Shown: in pieces, positions 35,805 through 48,077 of the stretch
Position numbering within the stretch: position 1 is the stretch's first letter
How the letters are laid out: each line of letters begins with the position of its first letter
Assembly (NCBI GenBank): GCA_002104905.1
Contig: MCFE01000551.1
Location: 1-59,222 of the forward strand
DNA from: Basidiobolus meristosporus CBS 931.73
Taxonomy: Eukaryota > Fungi > Basidiobolomycota
Reading direction: 5' to 3'
Length of the DNA: 59,222 nt
Notes under the pieces: model-generated
What the model saw: only the letters and a program-made list of their open reading frames with translations
The model's database searches: none
Told to the model about the DNA's origin: nothing
Position numbers and translations under genes: made by a program

Positions 35805-37130
35805 TCATCGATGAAATTCCATTAACCGCAGGCGATTCGTCTGTTGTGGATGTCGCGTTGCGATTCCTCCCTCGACAAGGAGCTCGATGTAAGGCTCCCA
35901 GCAGCTGTCAGGGTCTATCTGGATGTAGGAGTCGTTCACGCCAGTGACAGCGGAGTTCATTAAATCCTAGGCCAAGCGGTTAATATCTTGAAATACAGCC
36001 AACACAAGTGCCACCAAGTACCTCCAATATAGCCTTCAGGGAGCACACACTGCCCAATGTTCCGGTTTCTTCGCTGTTGACTCGCTTGCCCTAGATCGTT
36101 GTCTCAAGGATCAATACAAACACTTGAGAGTGCAGTGTGCTGAGAAAATCACCTTGTACACTCGCACCGGTGGGAAATGGCTCTCCACGAACCTCATCAA
36201 CTCGATCATGACCCGAGCGTTTAATTTGCGAAAGCGAAGGAACTCTGCCTGTACGCCGGGGCTACTTGTGCCAATAGGAGTGAGTGAGTCGATACAAAAT
36301 CCTGGATTCTGATATACGTGACTTACGGAGGCGCTTGTTCATCCACTGCATACGGGTTACGAGCTCTTAGGTGGTCAAGTCTCTTGAGCAACGTTTCATT
36401 CATGCGATGATATTCCTCGAGTCTTTCCTTTTCGCTAGGGTCCGGAGGTTATTTCGAGAGAGCGCGCCGTCCTAGACTGGTGAGCTTACCGTGAAAGTTT
36501 GCTTTCAAGTTCCTCCTGCTCCTGATTCAGCAAGGGAAGTGCACGTTCGTAACTCTCTATGGTCGCGTCAAGCTTCCATCGAGCCTGAGTCCAGCTCAGT
36601 TCAGGGATCTTGTTGTCCAGGATTTGCAATTCTACTAAGAGGTGAGTGGGAGTCCCATGTCACGAGCATTTGGCGTACAGGTACCTTCACGTTGCTGATC
36701 CAACTCGTTGGCGAGACGCTGCTCCTCCGCGAGCAATAAGGCTATTCTCTGATAGGGCATAAGAGTACAATCAGCAAATGGGGGGCTTCGATTGGGGCGT
36801 CAGAAAAGGGGCATACTCTAGCACGGGTAGAAGGGACCCGTGTTTTCGGCAAATTCACTCGCTCTTTCAGCTAGATCCGGGAAAGTGGCACCTGAGGTGA
36901 ACACACAAGCGATGGGGAAAGGTAAACATAGTAGAGATTGCGATCGCGCTCTCTCCTACCTCAACTAGCTTTTGAAAGTGCTGCTCGCAGCAGGCTTTTA
37001 TCTTTTCTATGAGAACCTCGTATTGCGCATCCGTATCAAGGGGTGGTGGGTTCGGGGGAAAGGGTTCGGTGAACTGGGACACAGGGTTATACTCGACCTT
37101 GACCTGCTGCGTTTGGTTACTGTTAGACAT
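35805..37130 (-). CDS. CENPK: Centromere protein K (CENP-K/Sim4/Mcm22), multi-exon
   Basis: Coiled-coil N-half; C-terminus DLMN...SYIQIDPDSCWEPYIELLVEGGIATRHPQQTNRLRLMEFH matches the CENP-K WxPYxELL..GIA.RHP...R.RL..F motif. Confidence 0.88.
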
Positions 37131-37212
37131 GCTGAAGGGATGAGGGGATGGTGATTTCCGCGTAGTCTTATGTCCGATCAACAAACAACTCGGCTAAGGA
37201 ATTGGATTGAAC

Positions 37213-37276
37213 GGGATTTATTGATTGAATATGGTGGATTGAGTGGGATTTATTGATTGAATGTAGTGGATTGAGT
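37213..37276. repeat. Tandem 32-bp duplication between the VPH1 stop and the CENP-K start
   Basis: GGGATTTATTGATTGAAT(AT/GT)(G/A)GTGGATTGAGT x2. Confidence 0.85.
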
Positions 37277-37289
37277 ATAATATGAAAGA

Positions 37290-39932
37290 TTAATCTTCGG
37301 GAGTGCCTTGTAGGATGGTTTGGAACGAGAATGGAGTGAACTTGTATCCTCCACCCGCATAGAACTTGTTGTTGAACTCGACCCAATGCAAACGGAGTGC
37401 GTGAAGGAAAGCCGAGAGCCCCTCCATGATCAACAAAATGCCAATGGTCAATATAAACCACACCGCGAACCCAGCCCATGCGCCAATGGCGTTGAGCGGG
37501 AAGCTGAGGTTCAGGGTATTGTCTAGAACCATCTCCCAGAGGACAGCAGAGAGCTGGTTGTGAGCAAGGGACAGAGCCCAGAGACGAAGATAAGATGCGG
37601 TGTTCGAGATACATCCCAGACAGAACTCGATGGTGTGGATGATTTGGTGGATCATAACATCAGCGAAGTCGAAGGGCTCCTCTTCTTCCATCTCTTCCGC
37701 GCCAATTGGGCCGCCTTCGTGAGCGACTTCAATGGAGTTCTCGTCGATATCCTTGATGCTTTGAGGCGCACTGGTTCCAGCCTGGTTGTTTGCCTCCACT
37801 TCCAATGAAGGTCTGTTCTTGTGGTCGAGATGGGTGGTGGATAGGTTCTTGGATTTGCGGACAGCGTTTTCCGCTGGCTGGTTTGCCTTCTCAAGAAGCT
37901 CCTGCTTGTGGAGTTTCTTCAGCATCAATGGTCTGGACAGCAACATCCATGGGACACAGATCACCGCGACCAGCAAAAGAACGAGTTGAATCATTCCTTG
38001 GCCGGGGAACAATTGCTCGCTCTCGTCGACACTGCCGGGGCTCAAGAACATGTAGATCAGCATGTTCAACAAACTTGGGGGGCTGATGCTCTTGGTGCTC
38101 CAGTCGGTCAACCACTTGTAGATGATGGTGACGCACAGATATCCGAAGATGCACAGCAGGAAAAGAACCTGGGGAATGAACTCGGCCCAGATGCCAAACT
38201 TGTGGTTGAACTGGACATGGTTGTAGTTGGTGAGCGCAATACCGAAAGTCATCTGGATGACACCAAAGATGACCGACATCTTCATCTTGTACGAGTTGGT
38301 GAAGATCAGGTAGTTCTCTGCCCCGTGCCACATGTAGTCCATACCGAAAGCATAGGTAGTTCCGGTTCTGACTGCCTCGATAGTCTCGCCTTCGTTGAAA
38401 TTGGTGGGCCACTTGAATCCACTTGGGAACCAGGCAACCGCCTTGGAGAAAAGATCATTGTAGATCAGACCGGTGTAGATAGAGAAGAGCCCCATCAGCA
38501 GGATGATATAGCGACCGCCGAACATCATGTGGAAAATCTCTCCGCCATCGAACTTCTTCAATTGCTTCTCCTTCAAGCAAAGATAGAGGGCGGCGAGGAA
38601 CATGAAGATTCCGTGACCGAAATCACCGAACATCACCGCGAACAAGAAGGGGAAGGTGATCACGGTGAACAGACCGGGGTTGACTTCCCTGTAGGTGGCA
38701 ACACCATAGGAATCCACGATATTCTGGAATCCCTCGGTGAACTTGTTGGTTCTGTGGAAGGTGGGTGGCTTGCGACGGGTGCTCACCTCGTGAACGATCG
38801 GGTAGACAGGGGAACCGGCTTCATCGGCTGCTTGCTTGAGTGCGTCCCGAACAACTCCCAAGTCCAGGGTTGGGCACCAGCCTTCAGCAATCAAGGCTTT
38901 GCGGTTAGGATCGTAGTTGAACAAGTTCAGGATGTGATAGATGGCCTTCTCCTTCTTGAGGATGGTGGTCCAAATGGGAAGCTTGGCGGAGATCTGCTCC
39001 AGTTCGTTGCAGCCCGTCTCGTTGGTGGTCTGGATGATTCGGTTGAGATCCTCGATCTTGGCTGTGAGGTCGAGTAACTTGATGGATCTCTGGGTCTGGT
39101 CCTCCTCTACTGGGTAAAGCGCGGCACCCATGGCATCGGCGGTTTTCTTGATCTTGTTGATAAGCTGCTGGCCGTGGGCGAAAATGATGAAGACGTTCTT
39201 ATTCTCCTCGCGTCCAGACTCGGGGTCGACAAAAGGCTCCTCGATCTCCTCCTGGTTCATGAAGAGGTTACCACGAAGGGTTCTCCAAAGAACTCTCTCG
39301 AACACGCCGATCTTCTCCCGGGGAATAACTCCAGCGACGAAGCTGATGCTCTCACGGGAATCCCATTCGCCGCCCTCCAGGTCGCTTCCTGGGACGAGTG
39401 GGGCCTGAGGGTTGTCGGTGAGGTTGGATGAGGTAGAGTTACGGTGATTGGCTGGTGGAATGGCCAGGTTGTTTAGTTGCTGCTGCTGCTGGATACCATT
39501 GATGGACCCGGACATCTCAACGACATATCTATGCTGTATCAAATCTTGACGCTGCTTCAGGAGAGCGCTGTAGGATTCATTGAGATGGTTCACTCGGCCT
39601 TCGCGCTCGTTGAGGATCTCCTGGAGCTCGTCTATCTCACGAGCACTGATGGACCGATTCACCTCTGGATCATCCAGGTCGATGGGTTGAATGGGGATCT
39701 GTGACTTCTCAGACTCGGCCGACAGGTATATGAGCTGTCTTTCGAGGTCGTTCAGCTTCTTGATCTCATCGGTGAAGGCCCGTTGGAAGGCACTCAAGCT
39801 TGGGTTGAGATCCCGGAACTGGATCAGCCCGTGGTCACCCAAACGAGAGACGGTGGTACGGGCGATCTCCACGGGGATGTAGATTTGCACCAGGGACATT
39901 TCTTCCGACCGGAAGAACGTTGACTTGGCCAT
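37290..39932 (-). CDS. VPH1: V-ATPase V0 subunit a, 880 aa, intronless
   Basis: MAKSTFFRSEEM start at 39932; FRDLNP, PPTFHRTNKFT, FPFLFAVMFGDFGHG, SNTASYLRLWALSLAH (essential Arg), LHALRLHWVEF. Confidence 0.98.
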   Translation of the reverse strand: MAKSTFFRSEEMSLVQIYIPVEIARTTVSRLGDHGLIQFRDLNPSLSAFQRAFTDEIKKLNDLERQLIYLSAESEKSQIPIQPIDLDDPEVNRSISAREIDELQEILNEREGRVNHLNESYSALLKQRQDLIQHRYVVEMSGSINGIQQQQQLNNLAIPPANHRNSTSSNLTDNPQAPLVPGSDLEGGEWDSRESISFVAGVIPREKIGVFERVLWRTLRGNLFMNQEEIEEPFVDPESGREENKNVFIIFAHGQQLINKIKKTADAMGAALYPVEEDQTQRSIKLLDLTAKIEDLNRIIQTTNETGCNELEQISAKLPIWTTILKKEKAIYHILNLFNYDPNRKALIAEGWCPTLDLGVVRDALKQAADEAGSPVYPIVHEVSTRRKPPTFHRTNKFTEGFQNIVDSYGVATYREVNPGLFTVITFPFLFAVMFGDFGHGIFMFLAALYLCLKEKQLKKFDGGEIFHMMFGGRYIILLMGLFSIYTGLIYNDLFSKAVAWFPSGFKWPTNFNEGETIEAVRTGTTYAFGMDYMWHGAENYLIFTNSYKMKMSVIFGVIQMTFGIALTNYNHVQFNHKFGIWAEFIPQVLFLLCIFGYLCVTIIYKWLTDWSTKSISPPSLLNMLIYMFLSPGSVDESEQLFPGQGMIQLVLLLVAVICVPWMLLSRPLMLKKLHKQELLEKANQPAENAVRKSKNLSTTHLDHKNRPSLEVEANNQAGTSAPQSIKDIDENSIEVAHEGGPIGAEEMEEEEPFDFADVMIHQIIHTIEFCLGCISNTASYLRLWALSLAHNQLSAVLWEMVLDNTLNLSFPLNAIGAWAGFAVWFILTIGILLIMEGLSAFLHALRLHWVEFNNKFYAGGGYKFTPFSFQTILQGTPED

Positions 39933-40853
39933 GGTGTGGGTGGATGATTGGTGGTGGGTGGTGGTGGAGTGAAGAGGTACTAGTGATGAGGGAAGTAAGA
40001 AATCAAGCAATGGTGTCGTGGGGATTGCCAACGAACCATTATAAAGAATCCCGGCGATGGCTGGATGTCAAATGCGGCAAGAGCGATCCACGAATCATGG
40101 CACTTCATGCTATACATTGGTCCGGTCGACTTTGGAAATGTCTAAATAATTTTAACTTTAACCTACCACCAACTACCATATAAACCATGGTGGCTTTCTG
40201 GGAGACGTAATTGGTCTGATTTCGTTTTTTTTTCGTTGTTTGGTCGACAAACATCGCACGCTGGCGAGAAGCATATGCGACACCACGTAGTGTAGGTGGC
40301 GGGTAGGTGGTGGCAGGTAGGCTGGCGTGGGTTATTGTAGGCTAGCCCAGCTAAAGCCCGCCGCTTGGAATTAAGGTTGTCGTGTCTAGCTCATATAGCC
40401 CAAACAACGTAGGTGGACATCGTAATACTATCTAGGGCCTCCATTCACCCAGGGAATTCCAAACGCGTAATGGGCCTCCCTTTCGCAGCGATGGCGGAAT
40501 GTTCCAATGTTTAAATCTCATGAACGTGATGGTCGCTGCTTAAAATCATCGGGTCCATATTTGGCGCACCCAATCGAGATGTGTTTGTACCTCCCTCCTA
40601 GACGTCAACTCTAATATATATAATATACTACCGCATATATCAACAATCCCCTTTTAAGGCCTGATTAAACAAGGTGTGGAATGTTCAACATGGGCTCCAA
40701 TTTTGGCAATCCGAGTCAGGGCAGGGCTACGGTTTAATACGAACATTATCTGGTCAACAGACGTACAAAAAGGGACAAAACTGCAGGATCAATGCGGGAT
40801 GCATAAGTGGATGATAGGTGATGGACCATGGCAATTAGATTAAATGTGGATGA

Positions 40854-41981
40854 TTAGGCAAATGACACAGTCATAGGTTTAAGTCCCAAATCGTAGCTTT
40901 CAACCCCTACCGAGGGGTGGTCTCGCTCCGGAGGCAATAATATAGAGAACATGTTCATGAAAGTTAATGCATATCCCAGATTAAATAGTTTCAGCAGCAG
41001 GTCTGACGAGAACTTGGCTGGCTCCCCGGTGAACCCAATATACTCCACGTTGACCGTTAACAACGAGGCCCACATGAGCGTCAGTGACAAGCCCAGGCAG
41101 ATGTTCGTCTGTAGAAACTGGCCAACATGGCTGGGGCTTCTTGACGCGGTGCTGATGTCACGCAGGACTTTGCGGAGTCGCGCGTGATTGAAGGCCGCCG
41201 AGATCACAATGAAGCAACCTTCTGGAAAAAGGGGGAGGGTGAGTGGGGCTTATTCGCTACCGAGCGCAAGACACACAAACCTGCGCAAAACACGAACTGA
41301 GGGATGACCTAGATGGGGAAGAGAGCGCCATGAGTTTCCTATGCCAACTTTTCGGACTCACTTCGCACCACCTACCGTGGCCTTTTTGGTATCGTTGAGA
41401 AACCAGAATTGAAGCGCGGGATAGAGCGTGAGACTCAACCCCGAATAGAACAGGTAAAGTCTGAACTCGAGGCTGCTCATGAAGCTCATTCTCGTCAGGG
41501 TCTTCACCATGAAATGCCAGAAGGAGTGAAGAAGGAACAACGAGCTGGTCATGAAGGCGAAGCTGAGGTTCAGCAGTAGGTCGGCTATCTTGGACAGCTT
41601 CAGATTGGTGGGCAGCCACATGGCTTTTGGCTTGGATATGACGAGATTGTTGATGTTGATGAAGCCCTCTTCATACTTCACCACTGTGGCCAAAGCATCC
41701 GACGAAATCACAAACAGCAGTGACAGCGTCAGTAGTAGAGAAATGATCGGCTTCAGGTCCCCGTTGATCAGTCGTCGCAAGGGGATGAACCCGCTGAACC
41801 CAGCTGGGGAGGAAAGAATCCGATAGAGAATCCACACAACCACAGCCAAATTGCACACGCATCTATCTACAGAGCCAAAAAAGAAGGAGGGTTATTGTAT
41901 GGCCACAGAAGGAAAGGGAAGGCAAGGAAAGGAAATGCCAACTCGTATACCTAAGTAGGTGAAATCGGACTCGTGGGTCAT
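40854..41981 (-). CDS. Uncharacterised fungal multi-pass membrane protein
   Basis: At least 6 hydrophobic segments with KYEEG, SSLFLLHSFW, FMSSLEF and YPALQF blocks; start codon uncertain. Confidence 0.75.
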
Positions 41982-42558
41982 GGTAAATCAAACCACTCAC
42001 TTTAAAGCAGCCGTAGTTCCCGTTGTCCTCGTTTTTATAAGGCCCTGATCAGACCGGATTCATTTATCAAGTTAGGAGTGACGTTGGCCACAATTGATGC
42101 AGCATCCATTGTACAGGTGTGGAGATAAAACCAAAGTGACAGGATCTCCTGTCAAACGCCAAAAGGGGTGAAAAGGAAAATAATCATTCAATTGTTAATG
42201 TTAGTCACCGTCACAATCCATCTGATTTTATACACGAATAGCTGGGTTGGTTTATTCTATCCTCCCGGTAGCTTGGTTTTTGCAAAAGGAAATGTGGATG
42301 CAGGGTGACATGCCGAGGAATGCACGACCCGCTGATTCCTAGTGGTTGGCGATGGTTGATGGGTGATGGGTGATGGATGATATGTTGAGGGTAGAGGATA
42401 GAGGGTTAGGGTAAGCGGTGATATGGACTTTTGTTTAAATCTTGCATACATGTGTCCAAATTGGTTTAGACCGGCCGTGGTGGAAAAAAATTCCTTGCTT
42501 TATTTGGAATTTTTGCCATTGAAATTCCATTCACGCTTGTATCGAGCAAAGGGTGATC

Positions 42559-44113
42559 ATGTTCAAGAAGAAGGGACAAAAGGTAAGGAGGTTCAACCGC
42601 GTCAGAGGTGATCCGACAAATAATCCGCCGTGGAAATCCTGGTTGACGCGTTGTTTTTAGCGTAAGCTAGAAGAGGAATTGGGCCTTGTGCCCAACGGGC
42701 AAAAAGCAAAGAAGGCCGAGGAAGTCCTTCCTGAGGTTGAAGAATTTCCCCCCAAAGACGCCAAGGGTCGCAAGTACACCGTCAGTGTTGCTGTACCCGG
42801 ATCAGTGGTTGAATCGGGCCAGACCGCCGAGTTAAAGACTTACCTAGTCAGCCAGGTAGCATCGCACCTTCACTTACTCCTCCTATGTTGTATTCATACT
42901 AAGGGCGGTCCAGCTTGGCAGAGCTTTTGCTCTTTTCAACATCGACGAGGTCATTGTGTACAATGATTCTCACAAGAAGGTCCAAGATACCACGGAAGGA
43001 GTATTCGAAGGCGCAAACAAGGACGATCCCAACGTGTTTTTGGCCCGTGTTCTGCAGTATTTAGAAACACCACCGTACGTATGAAAACGTCCGCCTCGAG
43101 AAAGTCATTTGCTGATCCTGATTCTATACGGCAGATACCTCCGAAAGGCCTTGTTCCCAGTACACAGAGACCTGAAATTCGCTGGTATGTCGAAACGTCT
43201 CTACAGAGTAAATCTAGCTTCCCGTTGATTGAGCGATTTCGTTGTGCAGGGCTACTTGCTTCATTGGATAGTCCTCACCACGTGCGCATGGACGAAGAAA
43301 GTCCCTACCGTGAGGGAATAGTGCATGGTAGAACCGGCAAAGCTAATGGATCTTACGTGAACTGCGGTTTGAGAAAGGTATTTGATGGTGATGCTCGACA
43401 CACCGAATGATATCATCTGATCTGTATACGTTCACCAGGAAGTCAAGATTGATCGTCCTGTGAAGAACGGGATTCGAGTTACCGTTCAACTGGCCGGAAT
43501 CCCATCTAAAGGTAGGCAAATCAAGCATCCCAACGAGCCTACTGAAGCTTACTCCAATCAATTGCTAAATAGACAGTAAATTCGTGGCTGGCAGAGTAGT
43601 TTCCCCTAAGGCGCCTCGTGAAACCTTGGGCCTATACTGGGGTTACGAAGTCCGCCTCGCCCCCACCATTTCGAAGGTGTTCAAAGAGTGTCCTTATCCA
43701 GTAAATCTCCCTCAATACCCTATTCATGACGATGCCATTAGCTAACTAAGCTCCTTAGGAGGGGTACGATTTGAAGATCGGTGTTTCCAATAACGGGGAG
43801 CCAATCGAGGAAGCGGCCACCAAGATCAAGCCCTTCAAGTAAGATAGCTGCACTGTAGATAACCTTCGATCCACGACTTATCTTGAACCTTAGGCACGCC
43901 TTGATCGTCTTGGGTGGGAATACCGGGATCGAGACCGCTGTAGAGATAGACCAAGAGCTAGACTGTGCTATCGAAGATACCGCCTCCCTCTTCGATCTCT
44001 ACACCAACCCCTGCCCGAACCGGGGCAGTCGCACATTAAGAACTGAGGAGTCCCTACTTGTCAGTTTGTCTGCACTTAGACCGTCTTTGTTAGCCAAGGG
44101 ACTAGAGAATTAG
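42559..44113 (+). CDS. SPOUT1: SPOUT RNA methyltransferase (SPOUT1/C9orf114/CENP-32 family), multi-exon
   Basis: YTVSVAVPGSVV, LGRAFALFNIDEVIVY, LARVLQYLETPPYLRKALFP, GLLASLDSPHH, YREG, YWGYEVR, NPCPNRGSRTLRTEES. Confidence 0.95.
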
Positions 44114-44220
44114 GCACACCACCTATTGTATACAATCTTTATTCATGATAAAATCTTCGAAACAGTAAATGAGGCTTCCATCTTATCAATGATTCTCCCA
44201 TATTACATCCCGTTGGCTAT

Positions 44221-45134
44221 TTATAAGTTGGAGAGGACCGAGTCCACGCTGCTCACTTCCAATCCTGGTCCGTTCTCGACTCCAATCCAGCTGACCTTGA
44301 GGTCGTCGACCACCATGGCAAAGCGCTGAGTTCTTTCGCCCATAGCGAAGCCGCGTGCGTCCATGGTGAGGCCCAGTTTCTTGGTGAATTCAAGGTTGCC
44401 GTCACTAACCATTAGCTTGAGTGCGAGGGATATGAGGGCCCGAGTTAGAGTCATGCTCATTGAGCGAGAGATAATGAAAGTTGCTTACAATCTTGTCCTG
44501 AACCTTCTGTGCTTTGCCCCAGGCATCCATGACACTGTTCGTCGAGGAAAGAATAGGTTTAGTTCCGTTCAGGCTGTGCTCGGTTGCGAGGCTAAATGCT
44601 ATACTCACAATGCGTCGCTAGAGCAGGGAAAGGTTAGGCTCGGCGGGATGCAAAGGATAGGTTTAGAAAGCCTTACTTGGCGGCTAGGCATATGACCAGA
44701 TCCACTTTCTTGCTCTTCAGCTCGTTGTACTTCTTCAGATATCCTGGGAGGTGATCGTTGTGGCAAGTGGGGGTAAAAGCACCTAACGACAGACCGGACA
44801 AAACGTTAGCCTACGCTCCACAGGGCTGACCTCTCCTCTTCCGGGTTCGATTTACCTGGTACCGCGAAAATCACCGCCTTCTTCCCCTTCAGTTCTGGAT
44901 GGTCAAAAAGAATGGTCAGTGAGGGGCTTGCTTCGGAGGTCCACTAACGCTCGCTTACTCTCATGGACATGGAAGTCCTGGGGCTTCCCGCAAGCATCGG
45001 CAGGGATGGATGCGTCATACTCGCAGTATTTAAGCGTGATGTCTGGGATAACAGTGCCGACTTGAACTGACTAAGAAAGAGAGGTGGGTGAATACAGCGT
45101 ACAACACAGGTGGTAGTCAAGGAAAAGGTACCAT
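44221..45134 (-). CDS. AHP1: Prx5-type peroxiredoxin (Ahp1/Pmp20-like), multi-exon, ATG-only first exon
   Basis: MSVQVGTVIPD...DACGKP...KKAVIFAVPGAFTPTCH..HLPGY...NDAFVMDAWG...DGNLEFTKKLG...RTQRFAMVVDD. Confidence 0.93.
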
Positions 45135-45428
45135 GGTGACTTGGAATTCTCTGATTAGCCACGACTCGCTGGAAGCAACATTTATATAGGGACCCCAGAC
45201 AGACATGGGTAGTGGCTTAGCCTGGATGACGTTCACCGTTGTCATCCAATGGACTCTGGTGAAGCGAGGAGTCATACGTTTCACGAGGAATCGACGAGAT
45301 TCACAAATGATGATGTACGGGGATTTTTCTATAGGTTTATTAATACATAGCTATATAGGCAACGACACGCTCAATACTAACATATGGTTGGTATCATGGT
45401 GGTCAAATAACATGCTCACGAGAGATGG

Positions 45429-46248
45429 TTAAACTGCGTAGGACTTATCAGGGGCATGGACGATATTGGCTGGCTGCTGGGCCATGGGTTGTGCCGTGTT
45501 GTAGGGGTGCGCATTGTATTCGTTCATATTGTTCTCCGGGGCGTATGCGCCGGAGTAGTTGGCCGCGTGTCTGGCGGCGAGGATGACCTTTCGGTAGCGA
45601 TAAACGGCATAGATGAAGTAGCCTTGAACCAGCAGCTACAGGATGTCTAGGTTGAGAATGGTGATGGATACGTGCAACCTGTTACCAAAACCGATACTAA
45701 CCGAAATCAACGCCAGCATACCGTTGTACCACTGCCTGTTGATGAAGGAGAACACCACCCCCACCAAATTGGCAAGCATGATGATGGTGGTAATGATCAC
45801 GTAGATAAGCAACATCCATGGCTTGCACTGGGGTGAAGTGGATGGATGTCAGATCTGGTGCGACATCGATACATGTGCATGCAACATTCCATTACCTTCA
45901 GTGTTCCAACGAATCCAAATAGACCGATCAGCAGCATTACGATGAAGCTGCCGAATGATACGTATTGTCCAACATTCCCCAGGGTGTTTAGAGTCGCGTT
46001 AGAGTTGACTGTGTTGGTGGCTCCGTTGGTGCCAAACGAGGAATTGGTGACGCCCACCCAGTTCAGGATCACCAGCACGGTGGTTGCAATACCGATCACC
46101 TAGAAGAGCCAGACGGGATGAGACAGGGTGGTGGGCAGGGTGGTGCGGCGGAGGGTTGGCTTACCAATTGTATGAAGGTCAGAATCAGGCAACCAAGTCG
46201 AAGGTTGAGGCAGCAACAGCACGTTGCGTTGGTTTTGATGTAAGTCAT
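45429..46248 (-). CDS. Four-TM protein with N-terminal CCCC-LNLRLG motif and Y/P/Q-rich tail (LAPTM-like topology)
   Basis: Spliced MTYIKTNATCCCCLNLRLGCLIL...4 TM...QGYFIYAVYRYRK...HPYNTAQPMAQQP; 3 introns, in frame. Confidence 0.75.
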
Positions 46249-47887
46249 GTCGCTAGTGAAATGGCCACGACGTACCCACAGCCCACCGGAATATATACTG
46301 GCGAACCACCCGTTTCAAGTTCGTGTTTTCCACCCAACAAATGGTTGATTCACCCCTTCTCCCAACAAACCTTGATGTCATGCTTTCCCAATGATCTTCC
46401 AGCAGAGGGACTGATGTAACAACTTCCGATCCCCAACCACCATTTCGGCCAAGATGGGGGATTCCGGCAAAGTTAAATACGCATGAGGTGTCCCGGTGTT
46501 TTTAGCGACTCTATGCTGCTCTGCATAGTCACACTGATCTAGTCATTCCCGAAACTGGCCAGTCGCACTTTCACTGCCTGTCTATGCAATATGCTGGTCC
46601 AAGCTGTGTCTCCCGCCAATCATGTGCCGCCTTGGAACTTGCAACTCCAACTCCACCCCGCCAATTGGTGCGCGTCAACTGATTGCGTTCGAAATGTCGA
46701 TTCAGCACAGGTATTTGGCTTGGCGTGCTCTCTCCACAGATGGAGGTCCATGGTGTCATCCATCATGATTAGCGACGCCATCGATGATGCTTGGCGGTTG
46801 TGTTCACGAAACGAATCCACTGTTTGTTGATGCATGTAATTAGTTGCCAATCATGGATATATGCCCGAGGCCTGCCTCCCCGTCAGATCCATGCGTCTTG
46901 CTGCCAGTCAAATCCCTGGATGACGGAAGGTGATGAAACTTCGATTGACCATCATTGGTTTCAAGCACTACACCCATTCATACCCCACTCGTGATTCCGC
47001 GATTCCATGCTTCCATAACCGGGAGTTGTTCTGGGCTGACAAGAGCAAATTCATGTTATAAATAGCAGGAGATGGTGCATTATCATTCATCCATCGTTTA
47101 TTTGTACCGCCAATGTCGTAGGAATCCAGTCGAATTTACAAATAGTAAGCCTGCGATCATCGCAATTGTTGGCAGCATCATTGCGGCCTTGGCTGGAATG
47201 TTTTCCTATGTAACAGTGATTGAGCTCATGTGGTCTTACTAGTTCATGAATACTATACGTGGAGTGATATGGAATTCTGCATTGAGCCATCATGAATGGG
47301 ATGTTGGCAACCTCCTTGAATAAGCCACCAGAATGGCCTGTTCTTGAATAATATGAGCTGCAACAATGATGAAGCAATGGGATATTTGCATTCACCCCTA
47401 GGATTTTATGCAACCATGACAAAAGTCCATTATACCATGTTAAACCTAACTTATGAATTGCACCATATTTGGAGTATATATCTGGCACTCTATTTGAATA
47501 TTAGTCTCAAAGTAGAACCCATATGAAGTACTTATAGAGCCAGATAGTACCAGTGGACCACAACAGTGCCATGCATTTTTGTGACCCACTACAGACACCT
47601 GCAGCTAGATCTACACTGTCATGGGTGTTGAATAACAAATGCTTGCCTTCAGTCTTTCTGAGCTCTTGCACATCATGCACAACACTAACCTTTAAAAAAA
47701 AGGCCAAAAAATGGATTTTCTCCAAAACAGTAGGTGAAACACAGGGGCTACTTTTTACAAAGATGTAGAGCAATGTTTCACAATTGGTGGCCAAGTATAA
47801 GTCTGCTGTGCCTCTCTGGCACAATATGGCACTATTTGGCACCAATGGCCCAACACCAATTTAGCACATCAACAGCATTACCACAAG

Positions 47888-48077
47888 GTGTGTGTAATGG
47901 GATTTGAATGGTTATGATTCTTGCATAAAGCTGAATGCATAGGCCACTGCCACCACTGTATTCATTCTGTACTCCATCATGCTTGGTATGTGGGGAATAT
48001 TGGTCCCTTCATCACTACTTAGGAGTGTCCTATGGAGCAGATGTCTGGGGAGAGAGGAAGGCAAGTTAAGTTGCAGA
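47888..48077 (+). mobile_element. CACTA (En/Spm) transposase C-terminal fragment, copy A
   Basis: Aligns with 53740-53925 (H-x-x-LH...IGP...PME...G); interrupted by the LTR at 48078. Confidence 0.75.

Noticed and set aside
37908-39077. 389-aa antisense ORF over VPH1
   Set aside because: Same codon-bias shadow effect.
39933-40031. N-terminal ORF extensions of VPH1 (also SAAL1 to 14622 and RlmN to 31975)
   Set aside because: Family conservation or targeting signals begin at the downstream ATGs; the extensions look like UTR read-through of the ORF caller.
42340-42420. GGTGAT/GGGTTA low-complexity tract, telomere-like or G4
   Set aside because: Only about one TTAGGG unit, degenerate and short.
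35805-44113. Kinetochore cluster (CENP-K with SPOUT1/CENP-32)
   Set aside because: Unrelated genes intervene and SPOUT1 is primarily an RNA methyltransferase; no evidence beyond names.
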